A stretch of DNA of 26,278 bases, counting the filler, from Ionaspis alba (Eukaryota), in NCBI GenBank assembly GCA_964255285.1. It is 11 parts of 11 records of this genome, joined end to end, with 100 filler letters (N's around TTAATTAATTAA, not from the genome) between each part and the next. Parts side by side here need not be neighbours in the genome. Positions count along the whole stretch, not along the records: positions 19,645 to 21,853 come from CAXUUL010001280.1; positions 21,954 to 24,127 come from CAXUUL010001281.1; positions 24,228 to 26,278 come from CAXUUL010001282.1; 8 more parts are not named here. The stretch is one strand, 5' to 3'. Below are positions 20,869 to 26,278 of the stretch, one piece after another (the stretch's first letter is position 1; every line of letters starts with the position of its first letter). A program made the position numbers and the translations under genes. The notes below the pieces were generated by a model that saw only the letters and a program-made list of their open reading frames with translations, was not told the DNA's origin and did no database searches.

Positions 20869-21572
20869 ATGGCTGGCGGAAGTGAACCTCTCGATACCAA
20901 GCATGGACAGTGAGTACTCGACTCGCCCCCGCAAAGCTTGAACAGAGAGCAAGTTGTTTGCTCTCTAATCGTAGCCCAGGATGGCATCTCCAACGATATC
21001 TATCTGCTGCTACCACTGCTCTTGATATAATTGAGGCTAACCACGGTCTCATAGGTTCCTGGGCGGATGGGGCAATCTTGGTATGCTACTCTCAACTGAA
21101 ACCTCGACACCCAAAACGGTTCATTGATCCTTTGGTACCCACCATGATTATGGAGAACACTCCTCGTAGAGTACAAAATGGCTGCCTTGTTTCACTCAAC
21201 TGACTTGATTCCTTCAACAGGGTCTCAAAAGCAAAAAGGCATCGTCACCTATTCCCTCTCCGCCAATCGTCAGCGTCCTTTGGCGGGCACGATGAACGCA
21301 GCCATCTTCAACACCTGGAGGAGATTCCGAGCCCAGGCTCTCTACGTACTTCCTCCTTTCGCTATTGCATATCTGGCTATGGACTGGGCAATTGAGAAGT
21401 AAGTGTCTCCTGGTCCAGAAGGTGGCATGCTATATCACGTCATGAAGATGGATCATGGGACTTATACTGATTCGTGTTCTGTAGGAACAAATACTACAAC
21501 TCCAAGGAGTGCCGGATGAAAGAAGCTAAGTTGGCTGAGGAGGCACTTGGTGGTGGAACTGTCAGAGGTTAG
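20869..21572 (+). CDS. QCR8: Cytochrome b-c1 complex subunit 8 (UcrQ), complete, 110 aa, 4 exons
   Basis: Exons are 20869-20909, 21055-21080, 21221-21398 and 21485-21572, giving MAGGSEPLDTKHGQFLGGWGNLGSQKQKGIVTYSLSANRQRPLAGTMNAAIFNTWRRFRAQALYVLPPFAIAYLAMDWAIEKNKYYNSKECR. Confidence 0.95.
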
Positions 21573-21853
21573 AGATGAGAATGATGAGCAGTGCGCAAGT
21601 GGAATGTAGTATAGGTCTCTCCTTTTCAAACAATTCAAGTATACCATTGGATTGCTCGTTTCTTCGAAGTTCTATGTAACAGCGTATAGGTCTTCATTTG
21701 CCCGCTATGCAAATGAAATACTACCTATTTACAGCTTGCAAATCTTGAGCCATGTCGAAATCTGTACACATAGTTAGGCCGACTGCATACACGATAGATC
21801 TTTAGTCATGACTCGATAATATTTCGAAGATATCCATTCCGACATTGAAAAGC

Positions 21854-21953
21854 NNNNNNNNNNNNNNNNNNNNNNNNNNNNNNNNNNNNNNNNNNNNTTA
21901 ATTAATTAANNNNNNNNNNNNNNNNNNNNNNNNNNNNNNNNNNNNNNNNNNNN
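21854..21953. other. Artificial contig spacer
   Basis: N44-TTAATTAATTAA-N44. Confidence 0.99.
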
Positions 21954-22007
21954 CAACTTTCAGCCATGCAAATCTGGAGGCACTGTGTTCGATCCACAGA
22001 AGCCGCA
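21954..22007 (+). tRNA. tRNA-Phe (probably GAA), partial: end of the intron plus the complete 3' exon
   Basis: 21972-22007 ATCTGGAGGCACTGTGTTCGATCCACAGAAGCCGCA is 36 nt (tRNA positions 38-73), with T-stem CTGTG/CACAG and loop TTCGATC. It is nearly identical to the yeast tRNA-Phe 3' half. The upstream 18 nt contain TTCAG, complementary to CTGAA. The anticodon itself lies outside the contig. Confidence 0.88.
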
Positions 22008-22021
22008 TATTTCTTTTTTTT
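22008..22021 (+). terminator. RNA polymerase III oligo-T terminator
   Basis: TATTTCTTTTTTTT directly follows the tRNA discriminator base. Confidence 0.8.
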
Positions 22022-23338
22022 GTTAATCAATTTAACATCAAGTCAGAGCGCATTAGATATGTCCATGGTTGTTATAATCTGAGGCGGCGTGTGATAGAAA
22101 ACGGAATCTGAGTGGATTCTTAAACTGTAGACTTGATATAATAGCTTACGATGAGAAAACAATGGTCTACGAAGGGTTTTGCAACAGAGATATTTTGATA
22201 ACTTCAACTTGATACAGGTACAATGCGAAACCGCATTCTATACTTGTTTTGATAATATTAGAATTGAAAAGGGAGTTTTCTCCGAACGTTATATGATGGG
22301 CGTGAATGACCAAGTATGCATTTTTGGAAGTGGGTGATTACCCGTGCTTCATGATGTGGTGGAGACAAAATATCCATCGAAACAGCTTCAAGGGTGGCTT
22401 GCAACAGGTTAGGTGGCACAGCAGTAAAGAACCCTTGATCGCCTTCGTTGAATTTCAACTCCGGATTCCTTCATTCTGATGCAAGATTCCTTCTGCGCCT
22501 ATCCAACTGCTTTCCCAGTAAAGACCATTTCTCGATCAGTGGCAATAAAACATCGAGACAGATGTAGCTACCTCCGATGGATAATTCCATTCGGGATGCT
22601 TACGAAGGACTACGGATTGCTCTCGTTCTCTTCCAAATCAATTCCGCCTCGGCAGCTTCACTTACTCACGGAGTTTTCGGCTTTGCTACATTTTCACAGT
22701 GGTAAACGATCGCGGAAAACTATGAGAAGAATCTTAAGATTTGATGCGCGGATCTCCGAAGAGGAAGGTGCAAAGACCCGCTTCTTTCGGCTATCTGTAC
22801 ACGATGTATGCTGTCTATCTGAAGCATGCCGTATCACAAGAGAGTCTTCTGCAGACACCTGGCACCTTGTGCGTCATGACCGAGGCAGGAACCGCCATTC
22901 TGTTATGACAGCTTTCAGACGAGTTGTACAATGTCGGCTGAGTATACTGGAGAGATGAACCAGTGTATAGTGAACTAACGGACGATTATCATCCGCATTC
23001 CTCACATCCCTGACCATAGCAACAGTACCCATGCTGGGCAGAACCTGCCATTCTGGAGTTCTTTGGGCCGAAGAGATAACAAGAATCCTCCGACTGGTCG
23101 CTGTTTCTTGTCTTGGTGATACCCGATCAAAGTTACGTCTAAGCTTGAAGGGCAAGTTTTTGGTTGCCGTCTATACTGAATGCCTGATCCAAGGTGCATC
23201 ACCTTGCATGCAGATCCCCTCTCGTTCTTCTGCACCTGCCCATGATTAGCTCCATGGAAAGGTCCTCGGGAATCCGAGTCCACTTTCTTTAAGACCTTGC
23301 TCCGCTGAGTCTCTGTGCCTCCATTATCGCTGTTGATC

Positions 23339-24127
23339 ATGAGTCTATTCGCATTGCTTTACTTGCTTGTAACTTCCAGCTTTACAACTGCTAGAAGTCC
23401 GAGGCATGTCGGACTTGAGTTGCCAGAAACCGAACCACGCTTTGACAGATGGGCTGCTGATCTTCCTCGATATCTCGTTCATCATGAAAAGCGAGCTTCG
23501 CAATATCTGAATGGCAGGACTGCTAGTGAGCTTAAGAACATGTCGTTGGATGCAGTCTTCTGACACTCCGAACAGAGTTCGCTGTCAATGGGACCGGCAT
23601 TCCGGAAGTCGACTTCGACATTGGCGAATCATATGCAGGCTTACTGCCAATCTCCCAAGCTCGAAACGAAACCCAAGAACTATATTTCTGGTTCTTCCCG
23701 TCAGAGAATCCTGTCGCCTCGGACGAGATCACAATCTGGCTGAACGGCGGACCAGGTTGCAGCTCTCTTGAAGGACTACTGCAGGAGAACGGTCCTTTTC
23801 TTTGGCAGTATGGAACACTGAAACCTGTACCCAATCCATGGTCGTGGACAAATCTGACCAACATGGTGTGGGTGGAACAACCCGTGGGTACCGGCTTCTC
23901 GCAGGGAAAGCCAACAGCAATGGATGAGAAGGAGGTTGCCAGACAGTTCTTAGGATTCTTCAAGAATTTTGTCAACACCTTCAGCCTGCAAGGGAAAAAG
24001 GTGTTCATCTCTGGAGAGAGTTATGCCGGATACTATGTACCGTATATTGCAGATGCTATGTTCAATGCCTACGATAAGACGCACTTCAATATCGAGTCAA
24101 TCTTGATCTATGACCCATCGACCAGCA
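23339..24127 (+). CDS. Secreted serine carboxypeptidase (peptidase S10, CpdS-like); 3' truncated
   Basis: Exons are 23339-23525 and 23576-24127. It has a signal peptide [18 protein letters not shown] and a Kex2-like EKR site, then [50 protein letters not shown] and the catalytic GESYAG. Confidence 0.95.
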
Positions 24128-24227
24128 NNNNNNNNNNNNNNNNNNNNNNNNNNNNNNNNNNNNNNNNNNNNTTAATTAATTAANNNNNNNNNNNNNNNNN
24201 NNNNNNNNNNNNNNNNNNNNNNNNNNN
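24128..24227. other. Artificial contig spacer
   Basis: N44-TTAATTAATTAA-N44. Confidence 0.99.
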
Positions 24228-24603
24228 CATGGCTTTGCTCTCCGTTTGGAGGATCCCCCTTTACAGCAATCACGAGATCTGCGTTGAACTTTGAGGTGCT
24301 TGCGTATCATTTTCGGCTGGCTAGGTGCTGATTTGTTGAATGATCTCCGGTTTTCCTTTTTAGATGGTCACGGGGTTAGTATCTGAACCTCGAAAAGACC
24401 AAGTTTGAAAGCAACTTGGATTGAATTCAGAATCTTTTTCAGAACGATCTGAAAAACATGCACGTCCAACGACGATCAGGTGACCTCCGGAATAGGCAAG
24501 GTCCACCAGATAACAAAGGGAATGCACTCTCGACTCTGAGAAGGCTGAGAGGGTTTCCCCTCTGAGGAAGGTCATGTGATTATTGTCAGATATCCAGACG
24601 CTG

Positions 24604-24643
24604 TGGCAATGTCGCCCGTTGGCGCCCACGGGCGACATTGCCA
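24604..24643. repeat. 40-bp GC-rich near-perfect palindrome
   Basis: TGGCAATGTCGCCCGT-TGGCGCCC-ACGGGCGACATTGCCA has perfect 16-bp arms. A single mismatch (24620/24627) separates it from a full palindrome. Confidence 0.9.
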
Positions 24644-24810
24644 TCATCTTCAATGCAGATCTCGTGACTACTAAAAGCAGAAATCTTGGCTCTTCCGGCC
24701 GCTGCTGATTGGACAGGTCTCCCGGTATACGTTTCTGTACAACGACGGCGTGTTCGACATAGATAATATCCACTTATATACAAGTATCCATTTACGGCCA
24801 CTCAAATGTG

Positions 24811-26278
24811 TCATCTCCCCTCACCCTCCTCCAGAAGCCTCTTACCCATATTCCTCAACTCGAACTTCTGAATCTTCCCACTCGCCGTCTTAGGAAACCC
24901 CTCGACCCAGAAGACATACTTAGGCACCAAATGCCTACTCAGCTTGCTGCTTACCCACGCCCTAACATCGTCCATCGTGAGTGAGCCCATGCCTTTGATT
25001 ACGAAGGCTGCCACTACCTCGCCGTATCTGTCGTCCGGTAGTCCAACCACGCTGACCTCGGCTACAGAGGGATGACCGAGAAGGCAGTTTTCGACTTCGA
25101 GAGGATGGATGTTCTCACCGCCGCGGATGATGAGGTCTTTTAGACGGCCGGTGATACGAATGTAGCCTTCGGGGTCCATGGAAGCTTCATCTCCGGTCTG
25201 GTCATAAGGTTAGAAGTCAGCGGCAAAAATATAGTAGAGTGAAAAGGATTGGCAAGAGGAAGTTGGGCAAGAACCAATATGAGGCTATTAATGATCAGAC
25301 TTACATGCATCCAGATCTTTCCGTTTTCATCTGGGATCATGACTTCTGCCGACTTCTCCGGGTCGCCCCAATAGCCTTGCATGACTAGATACCCACTGAC
25401 AGCCAGCTCACCCCGCTCGTTGATAGGCAAGATCTTAGAATGGTCCCTCGGATCGACGACCTTCGCTTCGACATGTGGTAACAATCTTCCAACGCTGTCG
25501 ATTCGCTTGTCGATGGGATCGTCCGTGGTGGTCATGGCTGACACTGGGCTAGTCTCCGTCATGCCATAGCAAATAGTCAATTCCGTCAAATTGAGCGTCT
25601 TGTGTAGCTTTCGCATCAATTCGGCTGGGATGGATGATCCTGCGGCGATACCCGTTCGTAGGTGCTGGAATCCTTCGTGTGCGATGGTGCCGTTCTGGAG
25701 CATTTCTAACTCGGCACTGTACATGGTGGGGACGCCATACAGGGCCGTGCATTTCTCCTCCTGCACGCTTCGAAGCGTGGCTTCTGGATCAAAGGCTTCG
25801 GAGGGGAAGACGATGGCAGAACCATGGGTGGCTGTGGCCATGTAGCCTAGGATGCATCCGAAGCAATGGAATAGTGGCGGTGGACAGCACACTATATCCC
25901 TTTCTGTTAATAGCATGCGATCGCCGATGCTCTTCCCGTTGTTGAGAATGGAGCGGTGGGTCAAGCTTGCCGCTTTTGGCATGGAGGTCGTTCCAGAGGT
26001 GAATTGGATGTTGACGATTTCGTCCGGGTCGAGCTTTGGGGATCGGAGATTTCCTCCATGGATCCCGTCATCGAGTAGCTCGTTGAAGTTTAGTACGGAG
26101 CGGAACGGCTGAAGGTCCACGCGGCCGTAGGAGTTGTCTGCTACGACCACTTGCTGGAGGGAGGGGACGAGCTTGGAGGACAGGATGGTTTGGTCCCAGG
26201 AGTGAATGATCTCTTTTAGTAAAGGAATGTTCGATTGAGGTTCTCTTCGAGAAAGATTGGTCTCCGAACCGATGACAA
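24811..26278 (-). CDS. AMP-dependent acyl-CoA synthetase (ACSF2-like); 5' truncated by the window
   Basis: Exons are 26278-25305 and 25197-24811, with a 107-nt GTAAGT..CAG intron. Motifs: IQFTSGTTSMPKA, PPLFHCFG, ICYGMTETSP, WMH|TGD, GRLKDLIIRGGENIHPLEVE and FPKTASGKIQK. Confidence 0.95.

Noticed and set aside
20910..21220. Internal acceptor-like sites and a 9-bp hairpin in the longer QCR8 introns (stwintron, micro-exon or snoRNA)
   Set aside because: Simple splicing already gives the conserved frame. The internal acceptors shift the frame and regenerate no donor, and no C/D or H/ACA box layout is evident.
22030..23330. ORF 22479-22958 and neighbours upstream of the carboxypeptidase
   Set aside because: Random-looking translations with no motifs; most likely intergenic or promoter sequence.
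2496..24183. Regularly spaced TTAATTAATTAA as a repeat array or CRISPR-like element
   Set aside because: It always sits in the centre of N44 runs and is a six-frame stop linker added during assembly handling.
24570..24680. The palindrome as a Helitron 3' terminus
   Set aside because: No correctly placed CTRR end followed by T on either strand.
14882..26278. Apparent lipid/oxylipin or secondary-metabolite cluster (P450, dioxygenase, peptidase, acyl-CoA synthetase)
   Set aside because: Each gene is on a separate contig joined by artificial spacers and ordered by length, so adjacency is not biological.

Overview
This is eukaryotic DNA from a filamentous ascomycete (Pezizomycotina-type GT/GC-AG introns of 48-151 nt with CTRAC/CTAAC branch sites). 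It is not a contiguous locus: 11 contigs of about 2.1-2.5 kb, sorted by decreasing length, are joined by identical 100-nt artificial spacers (N44-TTAATTAATTAA-N44), so neighbourhood across spacers means nothing. Contents by contig: (1) an internally deleted, frameshifted peroxisomal cytochrome c peroxidase (Ccp2-type) pseudogene; (2) partial CWC22; (3) a fragment of a large disordered protein; (4) an orphan 256-aa gene; (5) complete ARP4 with a GC-AG intron; (6) a NAT9-like GNAT gene and RPL38; (7) a CYP503/ent-kaurene-oxidase-like P450 with a GC-AG intron, next to an AT-rich nested inverted repeat; (8) an intronless fatty-acid alpha-dioxygenase-like heme peroxidase broken by one in-frame TAG; (9) head-to-head PHB1 and QCR8; (10) the 3' half of an intron-containing tRNA-Phe and a partial S10 serine carboxypeptidase; (11) a near-perfect 40-bp palindrome and a partial acyl-CoA synthetase. 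No multi-gene novel system can be supported. The best leads are the alpha-dioxygenase TAG (pseudogene, error, readthrough or A-to-I correction), the deleted Ccp2, the orphan gene and the palindrome. Family assignments come from motif recognition, not database searches.
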